A stretch of DNA of 64,000 bases from Deinococcales bacterium (GCA_031414595.1 JANNVX010000086.1:48686-112685); one strand, 5' to 3'. Numbered from the stretch's first letter, positions 1-9,064 are shown. A program made the numbers and translations. Notes: a model not told the origin generated them from the sequence alone.

Positions 1-748
1 CTGGTAGCCCTTTGGGTTTGAGTGGACCAAAACGCGGCGTGTCAATGCCGCGCCTTGCAATTTCTTCGATGGGCATACAACCTTCAAAAAACTCGAGTTT
101 TTCCCAGTCGTGTGGGGTGTGACTGCGTGCCTCCTCGAGTGCCACAAAGAATTTCAGGTATTCTTCTTTGTTAAACGGGCAGTTCAAGTAATCGGCTTCT
201 TGTCCGTAACGCCCAGCGCGGTAGACCACATCCATATTGATGCCTTCAAACTCGAGGACTGGCGCAGCCGCATCATAAAAACTCAGGCGTTCCCCACTTG
301 CAAAACGTTGCACAATATCTTCAGCGAGTGCGTCCGAAGTCAGCGGACCCGAAGCCAGCACCACAATCCCGTCTGGCACTCGAGTCAATTCTTTACGGTG
401 CAGCGTAATGTTTTTGTTAGTCTCGAGCAGTGCCGTGATATAGGCACTAAAACCGTCACGCTCGACCGCCAAGGCATTGCCTGCCGGAATTCGGTTGGCA
501 TCGGCGGCTTGCATAATCGGGGCTTTGGCAATTCGCATTTCGGCTTGCAGTAGTCCCTTGGCGTTGTTGTCACCTTCGCCACCAAAGCTGTTGCTACAGA
601 CCAATTCCGACGCGCCGTGCGAGCGATGAGCTGGGGTCATGCGGCTTGGGCGCATTTCAAAAAGTTGGACGTGTACACCTAAGCTGGCGGCGGCAAGGGC
701 GGCTTGTGAACCTGCCAAACCCGCCCCAATGATTGTTATTTCTTTCAT
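1..748 (-). CDS. trmFO: FAD/folate-dependent tRNA (uracil-54-C5)-methyltransferase TrmFO, 5' part (runs off the window edge)
   Basis: Not in the ORF track. Minus strand from ATG 748 reads MKEITIIGAGLAGSQAALAAASLGVHVQLFEMRPSRMTPAH...ELVCSNSFGG (GxGxxG plus the ELVCSNS signature). TAAACT lies 5 nt upstream. Confidence 0.95.
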   Translation of the reverse strand, partial: MKEITIIGAGLAGSQAALAAASLGVHVQLFEMRPSRMTPAHRSHGASELVCSNSFGGEGDNNAKGLLQAEMRIAKAPIMQAADANRIPAGNALAVERDGFSAYITALLETNKNITLHRKELTRVPDGIVVLASGPLTSDALAEDIVQRFASGERLSFYDAAAPVLEFEGINMDVVYRAGRYGQEADYLNCPFNKEEYLKFFVALEEARSHTPHDWEKLEFFEGCMPIEEIARRGIDTPRFGPLKPKGLP

Positions 749-869
749 AGGCTAGTTTAACTCGAGCAACACGGGCATTTAACTTTGCTTTAATCTTTCT
801 TTACTTTTCTTGCAAAATTCGTGGTGTACCAGTATTTTTATAGGGGTGTTCGCAGCCCCATGCGATTTG

Positions 870-972
870 AGTTCGTCTCACGCTTGTGTGACGCTCGGTG
901 AGTATGCTGATGCGACGCTCAAGCGACGCTCCAAAGAATAAGGTGTGGCTCGAGCAGTAGCAAGGAGAAATT
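870..972 (+). promoter_or_regulatory. Upstream regulatory region, copy 1, with GACGCTC direct repeats
   Basis: Near-identical to 2545-2658. GACGCTC at 890, 914 and 925, with degenerate copies at 879 and 903. AAGGAG RBS before ATG 973. Confidence 0.7.
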
Positions 973-1692
973 ATGAAAAACGTGTTGAAATTTGGTTTAG
1001 TTGGAATCGCCGCCCTCGCCCTCAGCAGCACCCTGACCAACAGCACTGCCCAAGGTCGTTTGGTGTTTGACGGCACATATGCTGTCAGTGGTAAAAACCC
1101 AGATGGTAGCGCCTACGCTGGAACAATGACGATTAGCCCTTATGGTGATGGCTACCGTATGCTCCAAGTTTATGGCAGCACCACCTACCGTGGCATTGGC
1201 AATGACGTTGGTGATTACTTGGCTGGTGCTTATTTGTCTGAGGGTGAACCAACTGTTACTTTGTACCGTGTTTCCGCCGCCAATACCTTGTCTGGTTACT
1301 GGCAAGATTATAGCAGCACCAAAGAAGGTACAGAAGAAGCCACCCTTGCCAGCCGTGCATTTTCGTTTGTGCCTAGCGTCCCAGTTGCCAACACATGGGA
1401 TTACAGTGGCTCTTACGCAATTAAAGGCACAAATCCAGATGGTAGTGCTTATACTGGCAGCATGATTCTGACCACCTACGGTGATGGCTACCGTGCATCG
1501 TTTGCCAGTGGCGGAGTTGCTTTGCGTGGAATCGCCAATTACATTGGTAACAACTTAGCCATCGCTTGGTTGACTGGCAACATCCCAAGTGTCAGCATTT
1601 TTACTGGTAATCCACGTACTGGCAACCTGACTGGTTACTGGCAGGATTACAACAGCCTTAAAGAAGGCACAGAAACCGCCACTTGGCGCTAA
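973..1692 (+). CDS. Secreted two-repeat beta-rich protein, paralog 1
   Basis: Sec signal peptide, two internal repeats GxYxxxGxNPDGSxYxGxMxI...GDGYR...LxGYWQDY...EGTE, and an RBS. Confidence 0.85.
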   Translation: MKNVLKFGLVGIAALALSSTLTNSTAQGRLVFDGTYAVSGKNPDGSAYAGTMTISPYGDGYRMLQVYGSTTYRGIGNDVGDYLAGAYLSEGEPTVTLYRVSAANTLSGYWQDYSSTKEGTEEATLASRAFSFVPSVPVANTWDYSGSYAIKGTNPDGSAYTGSMILTTYGDGYRASFASGGVALRGIANYIGNNLAIAWLTGNIPSVSIFTGNPRTGNLTGYWQDYNSLKEGTETATWR

Positions 1693-1741
1693 AGTCCCCA
1701 AATCCTCTTGGGTTTTCAATGCACTAACATCATGGAGTTCT

Positions 1742-2464
1742 ATGAAAAATATTTTCAAATTTGGTCTAGCAGGAATTGCTGCTGTCGTTCTTAGCAGCAC
1801 CCTCACCAACAGTGCTGCCCAAGAACGATTGCAGTTTGCTGGGACGTACAACATCAAAGGTAAAGGCACGGATGGCACAGCCTATACTGGTACAATGACG
1901 ATTGCTCCGTATGGCGATGGCTATCGTCTGGCACAAAGATTTGGCGACGAAACTTACCGTGGTATTGCTACAGATATAGGCGATAACTTGGGTGTGGCAC
2001 TGCTCAGTGGCGGTAAGCCCCAAGTGACGATTTACCGTGTCACAAGTGGCAACACCATGACTGGCTTTTGGCAAGATTACGACAATCCCAAAGAAGGCAC
2101 AGAAGAAGCCACTGTATCAGGAGCTACTGCTTTCTCGGGTGCTTCAAAAGTGCTTGCCGCCGCAACTTGGAACTACAGTGGTACATATGGCATCAATGGT
2201 AAAAATCCAGATGGCAGTGCCTACACTGGAACAATGGTTGTGTCCGACTACGGGGCTGGTTACCGTGTCAGGTTCACCTCTGGTGGCACAACGTGGCGTG
2301 GTATTGCCACCTACATCGGAAGTTACTTATCAATCGCTTGGCAAGCTGGTGGCATACCCCAAGTTTCGGTTTTTGCGGGCAATCCAACCACTGGCGAACT
2401 CAAAGGTTATTACCAAGATTATGACAGCCTGAAAGAAGGCACAGAAACTGCAACCTTGAAATAA
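1742..2464 (+). CDS. Secreted two-repeat beta-rich protein, paralog 2
   Basis: Same architecture and motifs as 973-1692. GGAG RBS. Confidence 0.85.
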   Translation: MKNIFKFGLAGIAAVVLSSTLTNSAAQERLQFAGTYNIKGKGTDGTAYTGTMTIAPYGDGYRLAQRFGDETYRGIATDIGDNLGVALLSGGKPQVTIYRVTSGNTMTGFWQDYDNPKEGTEEATVSGATAFSGASKVLAAATWNYSGTYGINGKNPDGSAYTGTMVVSDYGAGYRVRFTSGGTTWRGIATYIGSYLSIAWQAGGIPQVSVFAGNPTTGELKGYYQDYDSLKEGTETATLK

Positions 2465-2476
2465 CGATGTGGCTCG

Positions 2477-2510
2477 AGACCTCGAAAAAAGCGTACTTTT
2501 CGGGGTCTTT
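2477..2510 (+). terminator. Probable intrinsic terminator after paralog 2
   Basis: Stem AGACCTCGAAAA...TTTTCGGGGTCT followed by T-rich sequence. Confidence 0.55.
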
Positions 2511-2544
2511 ACTTATTCAAGTGGGCAATTTTTGAAGTTTCAAT

Positions 2545-2658
2545 AGTTCGTCTCACGTTTGTGTGACGCTCGATGAGTATGCTGATGCGACGCTCATGCG
2601 ACGCTCATGCGACGCTCCAAAGAATAAGGTGTGGCTCGAGCAGTACCAAGGAGAATTT
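2545..2658 (+). promoter_or_regulatory. Upstream regulatory region, copy 2, with three perfect 11-bp repeats ATGCGACGCTC
   Basis: (ATGCGACGCTC)x3 at 2585-2617. Otherwise near-identical to 870-972. Confidence 0.7.
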
Positions 2659-3378
2659 ATGAAAAATATTTTGAAATTTGGTTTAGTTGGAATCGCCGCC
2701 TTCGCATTCAGCAGTAGCCTGACCACCAGTACCGCCCAAAGCCGTTTGATGTTTGATGGTGAATACAGGGTAACGGGTCTAAACCCTGACGGTAGTGATT
2801 ACGGCGGGGCAATGACCATTGCTCGTTATGGTGATGGGTATCGCATTACCCAAGCCTTTGGTAGCGATACCTATCTTGGAATTGGCAATGATATGGGCGA
2901 CTACTTAGCTGGGGCTTTTATTTATAATGGCAAACCAGTTGTTAGCTTGTATCGTGTTATCGATGCCAACACCTTGTCTGGTTTCTGGCAAGAATTTGAC
3001 AGTACCAAAGAAGGTCAAGAAAAAGCAGTCCTTAACAATGCCACATTTTCGTTAATTCCAGCTGCCCCTGTTGCAACCACCTGGAATTACAGTGGTACTT
3101 ATGGTATCAAAGGCACTGCTCCCAGTGGTGCGGCATATACCGGAACGATGGCGCTGACAAACTATGGTGATGGCTACCGTGCTTCTTATGTCAGTGGTAC
3201 GACAACTTGGCGAGGAATTGCCAGTTACATTGGTAAGTACCTAGCAATTTCTTGGCAAGCAGGAAATAATGTTCAGGTTTCGATTTTTGAAGGCAATCCA
3301 CGTACTGGCGACCTCAAAGGCTACTGGCAAGATTACAATAGCCTAAAAGAAGGCGCAGAAACCGCAACACTAAAATAA
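2659..3378 (+). CDS. Secreted two-repeat beta-rich protein, paralog 3
   Basis: Start moved to ATG 2659 (AAGGAG RBS; MKNILKFGLVGIAA matches paralog 1). Confidence 0.85.
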   Translation: MKNILKFGLVGIAAFAFSSSLTTSTAQSRLMFDGEYRVTGLNPDGSDYGGAMTIARYGDGYRITQAFGSDTYLGIGNDMGDYLAGAFIYNGKPVVSLYRVIDANTLSGFWQEFDSTKEGQEKAVLNNATFSLIPAAPVATTWNYSGTYGIKGTAPSGAAYTGTMALTNYGDGYRASYVSGTTTWRGIASYIGKYLAISWQAGNNVQVSIFEGNPRTGDLKGYWQDYNSLKEGAETATLK

Positions 3379-3487
3379 GAAACCAGCCCTCGAGACTCCA
3401 GAAACATAATTTTTTGGAGTTTTTGCTCCCGCCAACGCAAAACAAATAAGCGCTGACTCGAGTACCACAAGTACCACTCGGAGGCTT

Positions 3488-4243
3488 ATGAAAAATATGT
3501 TCAAGTTCGCTTTGGCAGGTATCGCTGCCATTATTCTCAGCAGCAGCTTAACCACCAGCACTGCTCAAGGTCGTTTGGCATTTGAAGGAACGTATGCCGT
3601 AACAGGTAAAACCCCAGATGCGGCTGCCTACTCTGGTACAATGACCATCGTGCCTTACGGACAAGGCTACCGTATTACCCAAGTTTTTGGGATTTATACT
3701 TATTACGGAATTGGTACAGCCGTGGGCAATAATCAAGTAGGGGACTTTTTTGTAGCCGCTTTTCTGCACGAAAACCAATCAAGTTTGAGTCTGTACGCGG
3801 TCACGGCTGCCAATACTTTATCCAGTGTTTGGCAAGATTATGACAGCACCAGACGCGGCATAGAACAATCTGTTTTAGCGAACCGTAGTTTTTCAGTCAT
3901 TCCAAGTCTGCCTGCCCAGAACAATTTGGATTACTCTGGAACGTATCGGGTTGCGGGTACGGACTCAGGTGGTGTGGCATATTCAAATTATGTTTACGTC
4001 TCGCGTTCAGGCAGTGGTTACATCGCACAGCGTTACTACCAGCGTTATTACGCGAACAACGACACTGCACTTTTTGGCGTTGGAGGCAAACTTGATGGGT
4101 TTCTTGTTTTTGCTTGGAATTACAACGGTGTACCAAGGATCTCGGTTTACGAAGGCAATCCTGATGTGAATGGTAAAATGGTTGGTTTTTGGCAATCGTA
4201 TGATTCTCTAAAAAGAGGTTCAGAATCGGTCTACCCAGAATAA
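3488..4243 (+). CDS. Secreted two-repeat beta-rich protein, paralog 4 (divergent)
   Basis: Same signal peptide and repeat skeleton, with insertions (NNQV, YYQRYYANND). GGAGG RBS. Confidence 0.85.
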   Translation: MKNMFKFALAGIAAIILSSSLTTSTAQGRLAFEGTYAVTGKTPDAAAYSGTMTIVPYGQGYRITQVFGIYTYYGIGTAVGNNQVGDFFVAAFLHENQSSLSLYAVTAANTLSSVWQDYDSTRRGIEQSVLANRSFSVIPSLPAQNNLDYSGTYRVAGTDSGGVAYSNYVYVSRSGSGYIAQRYYQRYYANNDTALFGVGGKLDGFLVFAWNYNGVPRISVYEGNPDVNGKMVGFWQSYDSLKRGSESVYPE

Positions 4244-4269
4244 AACTTAAACTCGAGAAAAGCCCAAAC

Positions 4270-5325
4270 TTAAACCTGTGGGCTTTTTTCTTGGAATTCT
4301 GCCCATGCCATCTCGAGGGCAGCTTCTGGCACACGCTCTAGCTTAGGTTTAGCAATATCCTCCAGCAGCACAAAACGCATCCCTACCGAATCTGCTTTTT
4401 TATCTCGTGCCATAAATTTGCGTACCTCTGCCCACTCGAGACTGGGTAAGGCTTGGGGGTTTTGGTACGCCAGAAAAGCGGCTGTCATTTTGGTTAAATC
4501 AGCGTAGCCCAAGGTTTTACCCAGAATAGCTGCATAGTGCATTCCGTATCCCACCGCTTCGCCATGATTAACACCGTGCTGCGTAATTGCCTCGAGTGCA
4601 TGAGCTAAAGTATGCCCAAAGTTCAAAAAAGCCCGTTCATTTTGTTCAAATGGGTCACGCTCGACAATATCAATTTTGACTTGCACCCCAGAGGCTAGGG
4701 TTGTCTCGAGCTTCGGGTGTAAGGCGTTAAAACCAGTCTCGAGAACAAGGTTACACAATGCAGGGTTACGAATTAGCCCGTGCTTAAAAAGTTCGGCTGC
4801 ACCTTCCCTAAAAATTCTTTCGGGCAAGGACTCGAGGGTGCTGGTGTCCATAAAAACCGCTCGGGGTTGATGAAACGCACCCACCAAGTTCTTACCTTCG
4901 GGCAGGTTGACCCCAGTCTTACCGCCAACACTGGCATCCACCATTGCCAGAAGCGTAGTCGGACAAACATAAAAAGCAATGCCGCGTAAATAACTGGCTG
5001 CCACGTACCCTGCCAAGTCCGAAGTTGCTCCACCACCAAGGGCAAACACGGCGCTGTCGCGGGTCAAACCGATTTGGGCAAGTTGCGAGAGTAATTTTGT
5101 GTGAAGCTCTAAGGTCTTGGCACTTTCGCCGCTTGGTACGGGCAGCAAATGAACCTCAGACCCACCAGACTCGAGACTTTGGACAAGTGTATCCGCGTAC
5201 AAAGGCACGATTTTTTCGTCCGCCAGCACAACCACTTTACGCTCTGGGATTTGCAGGGTTTCTAATAGCCTTCGAGCAATCCGAATCGGGTAACTTGGGG
5301 TCAAGTTAAGACTTAATTTAATCAT
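4270..5325 (-). CDS. aroB: 3-dehydroquinate synthase
   Basis: Motifs GGGATSDLAG, PTTLLAMVDASVGGKTGVN, KNLVGAFHQP, LNFGHT and HGEAV. Confidence 0.96.
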   Translation of the reverse strand: MIKLSLNLTPSYPIRIARRLLETLQIPERKVVVLADEKIVPLYADTLVQSLESGGSEVHLLPVPSGESAKTLELHTKLLSQLAQIGLTRDSAVFALGGGATSDLAGYVAASYLRGIAFYVCPTTLLAMVDASVGGKTGVNLPEGKNLVGAFHQPRAVFMDTSTLESLPERIFREGAAELFKHGLIRNPALCNLVLETGFNALHPKLETTLASGVQVKIDIVERDPFEQNERAFLNFGHTLAHALEAITQHGVNHGEAVGYGMHYAAILGKTLGYADLTKMTAAFLAYQNPQALPSLEWAEVRKFMARDKKADSVGMRFVLLEDIAKPKLERVPEAALEMAWAEFQEKSPQV

Positions 5326-5334
5326 GGCGCTATT

Positions 5335-5547
5335 TTACTTTTTTAAGTACCATTGTGCAGCCCTTAGCCCAACCAACAACCCCAAAAAAGCCCCAAGCAC
5401 CATACTTTGGCTTCTCGAGAAGATAAAAACTCCAAGCATTGCCCCAAGCAAAACACCAAGTATCGGAAACAAAAACCAGATGTGCAAACGGTGCAAGCGT
5501 TCAAAGGCATCTTGTAAAATAATGGTGGTTATCTCGAGCCATTTCAT
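5335..5547 (-). CDS. Small membrane protein, hypothetical
   Basis: 70 aa with two hydrophobic segments. TAGACT 6 nt before ATG. Ends 9 nt before aroB. Confidence 0.65.
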   Translation of the reverse strand: MKWLEITTIILQDAFERLHRLHIWFLFPILGVLLGAMLGVFIFSRSQSMVLGAFLGLLVGLRAAQWYLKK

Positions 5548-5628
5548 GTTGTAAGTCTAGTCTAAAAACCTAAAATATGACATAATTTAGGGCATTGCGT
5601 ACTTTGGTTGGTAAAGGGGATTAGCAGC

Positions 5629-6663
5629 ATGGCTTCGTTGGATTTTGACTTTGAGAAAAAAGTGTTCTTAGAATTTTATGATTCTCATTTAACAAAATTA
5701 CTTGGATTTGTTGAAAAAATAGTAGATACACTTCAAGACTTAGTTAAAGAATTACCTGAATCTGATGGCTTTATGTTTTTGGGACGAGTCAAAGATAAAA
5801 ATGAATGTATCGAAAAATTTCTCCGAAAATACAAAAATGATCTTGAAGCAAAGCGTGAAGAATATACAATCAAAGATTCTATTTCAGATTTGGTTGGTTT
5901 TAGAATTGTCTGCATTTATGTAAATCAAATTGATTTAATCAAAAAAGCACTTATTGATGAATTTGAAATGCTCGAAGAAACCAATAAAATCGAACAAATT
6001 CAAGCAACTGAAAATACTTTTGGTTATCAGGCTTTGCATATGGATATGAAGTTGAGTCAAAATTATTTACAGATACGAGAATACAAGCAGTTTTCTGGGT
6101 TGCAATTTGAAATTCAAATCAGAACTATTATTCAAGATGCTTGGAGTGTTGTTGACCATAAGATCAAATACAAAAAAGAGATCCCCATTACGCTAAAACG
6201 AAAAATTAATGTCCTATCTGCACTTTTTGAACTAGCAGACCGAGAATTTATGTCCATTAAAAACGAAAATACGTTTTTAATACAAGCCAATACGCAAATG
6301 ATTTCTAATGCCATTGCTAACCAGAACCCGTCTAACTTAGGTTTAGATATTGTTTCTTTTACGGGTTTTCTGCGAAGTAAATTTCCTGATGCAACCTTTA
6401 AGGTTGAAGCGATAGAAAGATTTTTTAATGAATTGCAAGCCAAGAATGCTGACCTAAGTCTTGCTGACTTGGTTTTGTTATATGAGACAAATTATGACTT
6501 GGTGAAGCAATTTCAATTAGAATACAAGTTAAATTTTAATGCTTTTACTTTTTTGCGGCATTCCCTTTATCTCGCAGACAAAAACACCTATGCCTTGCTT
6601 TTGAGAGAATATCAAGTAGTAAAACTAAACCACTGGTTAGAAAACGAAAAACCGCCACCTTAA
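5629..6663 (+). CDS. RelA/SpoT-domain protein (small alarmone synthetase-like) with C-terminal extension
   Basis: Motifs GRVKxxxxxxEK, DLVGFRI, GYQALH and EIQIRTIIQDAWSVVDHKIKYK. AT-rich gene. ATG 5629 follows GGGGA. Confidence 0.85.
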   Translation: MASLDFDFEKKVFLEFYDSHLTKLLGFVEKIVDTLQDLVKELPESDGFMFLGRVKDKNECIEKFLRKYKNDLEAKREEYTIKDSISDLVGFRIVCIYVNQIDLIKKALIDEFEMLEETNKIEQIQATENTFGYQALHMDMKLSQNYLQIREYKQFSGLQFEIQIRTIIQDAWSVVDHKIKYKKEIPITLKRKINVLSALFELADREFMSIKNENTFLIQANTQMISNAIANQNPSNLGLDIVSFTGFLRSKFPDATFKVEAIERFFNELQAKNADLSLADLVLLYETNYDLVKQFQLEYKLNFNAFTFLRHSLYLADKNTYALLLREYQVVKLNHWLENEKPPP

Positions 6664-6674
6664 TAAGTGGCGGG
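6651..6674 (+). terminator. Hairpin at the end of the RelA/SpoT gene
   Basis: Inverted repeat CCGCCAC...GTGGCGG. No clear U-tract on the plus strand. Confidence 0.4.
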
Positions 6675-6814
6675 TGAACGACTTGTATAAATATCGTTCT
6701 CTCTAAGCAAGATGGTACACCACAATTTAATCAGTGTCAACAAATCAACATGTACACAAATCAACAAATCCCAGACCTCGAGCCTACCTCATGAGGAAAA
6801 GTTAGGATGAAACC

Positions 6815-9061
6815 ATGACCCCGATGCAGCGCCTAAGACCCATTCATTGGGATGAAGTAGTTGGACAAGAACACGTCAAGGACGTGTTAAGACCAGCTTT
6901 GGAACGTGGGCGGATTGGTCATGCCTATCTGTTTAGTGGTCCGCGTGGTGTCGGCAAAACCACCACGGCACGGCTGATTGCCATGACGGTTAATTGCGAA
7001 ACGGCAGGTGTCAAACCGTGTGGTACGTGCGATTCGTGTAAAAGCGTGATTGCAGGGCGGCATCCAGATGTTCTCGAGATTGATGCTGCCAGCAACAACA
7101 GCGTGGATGATGTCCGTGACTTGCGTGAAAAAGTGGCGCTGCAACCGATGCGAGGCGACAAAAAAGTCTATATCCTCGACGAAGCCCATATGATGAGTAA
7201 AAGTGCTTTTAATGCCCTCTTAAAAACCCTTGAAGAACCGCCGAGCCATGCGGTTTTTGTGCTTGCCACGACCGAACCAGAACGTTTACCAGCCACGATT
7301 CTCAGCCGTTGTCAGCATTACCGTTTTCGGCGTTTATCGGCGGATGAAATCGCGGGGAAACTCTTAAAAACCGCAACTGCCGAAGGGGTCAATCCATCGC
7401 CGCAAGCCTTAAATTTAATTGCTCGAGCCGCCGACGGTGCAATGCGTGACGGCGAGAGTTTACTCGAGCGTTTGTTGTCCTCGGGCGAACCGAATTTAAC
7501 CCTCGAGATGGTTGAAGGTGCGCTTGGTTTGCCACCCCAAGACCGCGTTGAAGCCTTGGCGTTTGCCTTGGCTCGAGGTGACACAAAGCGTTTGATGCAG
7601 AGTTTAACTGCCTTTTACTCGGATGGTTTTGCGCCGCGCACGATTGTTGAACGGGTTAAAATTGCGCTGCGTGACCAATTACACGCCCAGCTTGGTTTAA
7701 GTAAAAACGTGACTGAAACATTTGCCGAAGTCAATTTGCTGCGTTTAATCAAAGCCCTTGATGAAGAAGACGGGCGTTTTGCACGGTCATCTGACCTGAT
7801 TGCCTTAGAGATGGCGTTCACCAAAGCGATGTTAGCCCCAGACTCGAGCAGTGAGGCGGGTATGGTTTCACCAGCCCTAGAATCCCGAGTCGCCAACCTC
7901 GAGAAACAAGTTCGAGGCGCATTCCAAAAAGTGGTAGACGATGCCTTAAAAGCCAGTGGACAACGCGCCCCGAGTCAAGTTCCAGACTTTGACCCAATGG
8001 CAAGAACCCCGCGCCGTCCAGCCACCCCAGTACAACAAGATGAGCCGCCATTTGAAGTGCCAGAATCTCGAGCAGAGCAACCTCGAGTCTCAGAACTGCC
8101 ACCATCTCGAGTTTCAGAACTCGCCCGAGAAAAAACGCCACTTGGCTCGAAAGGCTGGGCGGATGTGATTCTAAAAGCTGACTTGCGCTTGCGAGCCATT
8201 CTCAAAGAAGCGGTTGGGCATCTCAGTGCCGATACTTTGGTGATTGAGTACAGCAACCCAAAACACAAATGGCACGCTGACCAGGTGGCTGCCAAACTCG
8301 AGGAATTGGCGGCGCTAACCCAACAAGTCATTGGACAGGGCATTGCCCTTGAACTGGTCATGCCAGACGGCACTAAAAAAAACTCGAGAACCGTTCATAA
8401 CCCCAGTACAAGCTCCTCAGCCGCTCGAGTAATTCCGGCTGTTTTGGAGAATTTACAACCGTTGGTGCAACCTGAACCAGAAATCCAAATTGTCCAACCT
8501 GAACCAGAAATTCAACCTGTGCAACCTGACCCTGAACCTACCGTAGGGGCGAGGCATGCCTCGTCCGAACCCGAAACGCCCCTTGCCTTGCCCGAACCCG
8601 AAATCCCCGAATCTCTTTTTCTCGAGCCTGAACCCAATAAAACCGCCTTTCGAGTCGCCTCAGATTTAGCCTTTGATGCGCTTGGTTCAAACCCTGCCAA
8701 AGCGGGTTTGTTTAGCCCTGCCGAATTTATTGCGGCGCTCGAGCCAGATGCCGTAACCACTGAACCATTTTTTGAGGACACACCAATTCCTACTGAATAT
8801 AGCCTTCTCGAGACTTATGACTTAGAAACCAGTGCCGATGCACCACCATTGGCTGCCCTTGAAATGGATTTTGGCGACCTCGAAAACACAACCCCAACCA
8901 AAGTCGTCTCGAGTCTTGTGGGACATCCGAATTATGCTTTGGTCAGTAAACTGTTCTCACATCGGGTGCGTGAAATTGGTAAGCTCGAGGTCAAAACGGT
9001 GATTGCCGAGGATGACACAGCCAGCACACTGCCAACGCTGCCAACCGATGATTTGGAGTAA
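6815..9061 (+). CDS. dnaX: DNA polymerase III subunit tau/gamma
   Basis: GPRGVGKTT Walker A, Cys zinc motif, EIDAASNNSVDD, DEAHM, NALLKTLEEPP and SRC. Long Pro/Glu-rich C-terminal region. Confidence 0.96.
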   Translation: MTPMQRLRPIHWDEVVGQEHVKDVLRPALERGRIGHAYLFSGPRGVGKTTTARLIAMTVNCETAGVKPCGTCDSCKSVIAGRHPDVLEIDAASNNSVDDVRDLREKVALQPMRGDKKVYILDEAHMMSKSAFNALLKTLEEPPSHAVFVLATTEPERLPATILSRCQHYRFRRLSADEIAGKLLKTATAEGVNPSPQALNLIARAADGAMRDGESLLERLLSSGEPNLTLEMVEGALGLPPQDRVEALAFALARGDTKRLMQSLTAFYSDGFAPRTIVERVKIALRDQLHAQLGLSKNVTETFAEVNLLRLIKALDEEDGRFARSSDLIALEMAFTKAMLAPDSSSEAGMVSPALESRVANLEKQVRGAFQKVVDDALKASGQRAPSQVPDFDPMARTPRRPATPVQQDEPPFEVPESRAEQPRVSELPPSRVSELAREKTPLGSKGWADVILKADLRLRAILKEAVGHLSADTLVIEYSNPKHKWHADQVAAKLEELAALTQQVIGQGIALELVMPDGTKKNSRTVHNPSTSSSAARVIPAVLENLQPLVQPEPEIQIVQPEPEIQPVQPDPEPTVGARHASSEPETPLALPEPEIPESLFLEPEPNKTAFRVASDLAFDALGSNPAKAGLFSPAEFIAALEPDAVTTEPFFEDTPIPTEYSLLETYDLETSADAPPLAALEMDFGDLENTTPTKVVSSLVGHPNYALVSKLFSHRVREIGKLEVKTVIAEDDTASTLPTLPTDDLE
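8375..8400 (+). other. dnaX A8 slippage/frameshift site with a -1-frame stop
   Basis: ACT AAA AAA AAC at codons 520-523. The -1 frame reads K-L-E-N-R-S-TAA (8398-8400). Confidence 0.75.
8543..8566 (+). repeat. GTAG-family REP-like palindrome inside the dnaX coding sequence
   Basis: GTAG-GGGCGAGGC-AT-GCCTCGTCC. Same family as the intergenic copies at 33071, 52921 and 57569. Confidence 0.7.
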
Positions 9062-9064
9062 AAA

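Noticed and set aside
110-585. ORF-track calls 110..553 (+) and 385..585 (-)
   Set aside because: Shadow frames of trmFO, which occupies 1-748 on the minus strand.
2585-2617. Tandem repeats as a possible CRISPR array
   Set aside because: Units are 11 bp with no spacers, and there are no cas genes.
6737-6770. CAAATCAA-like short repeats before dnaX
   Set aside because: Short, irregular and low-complexity. No function can be supported.
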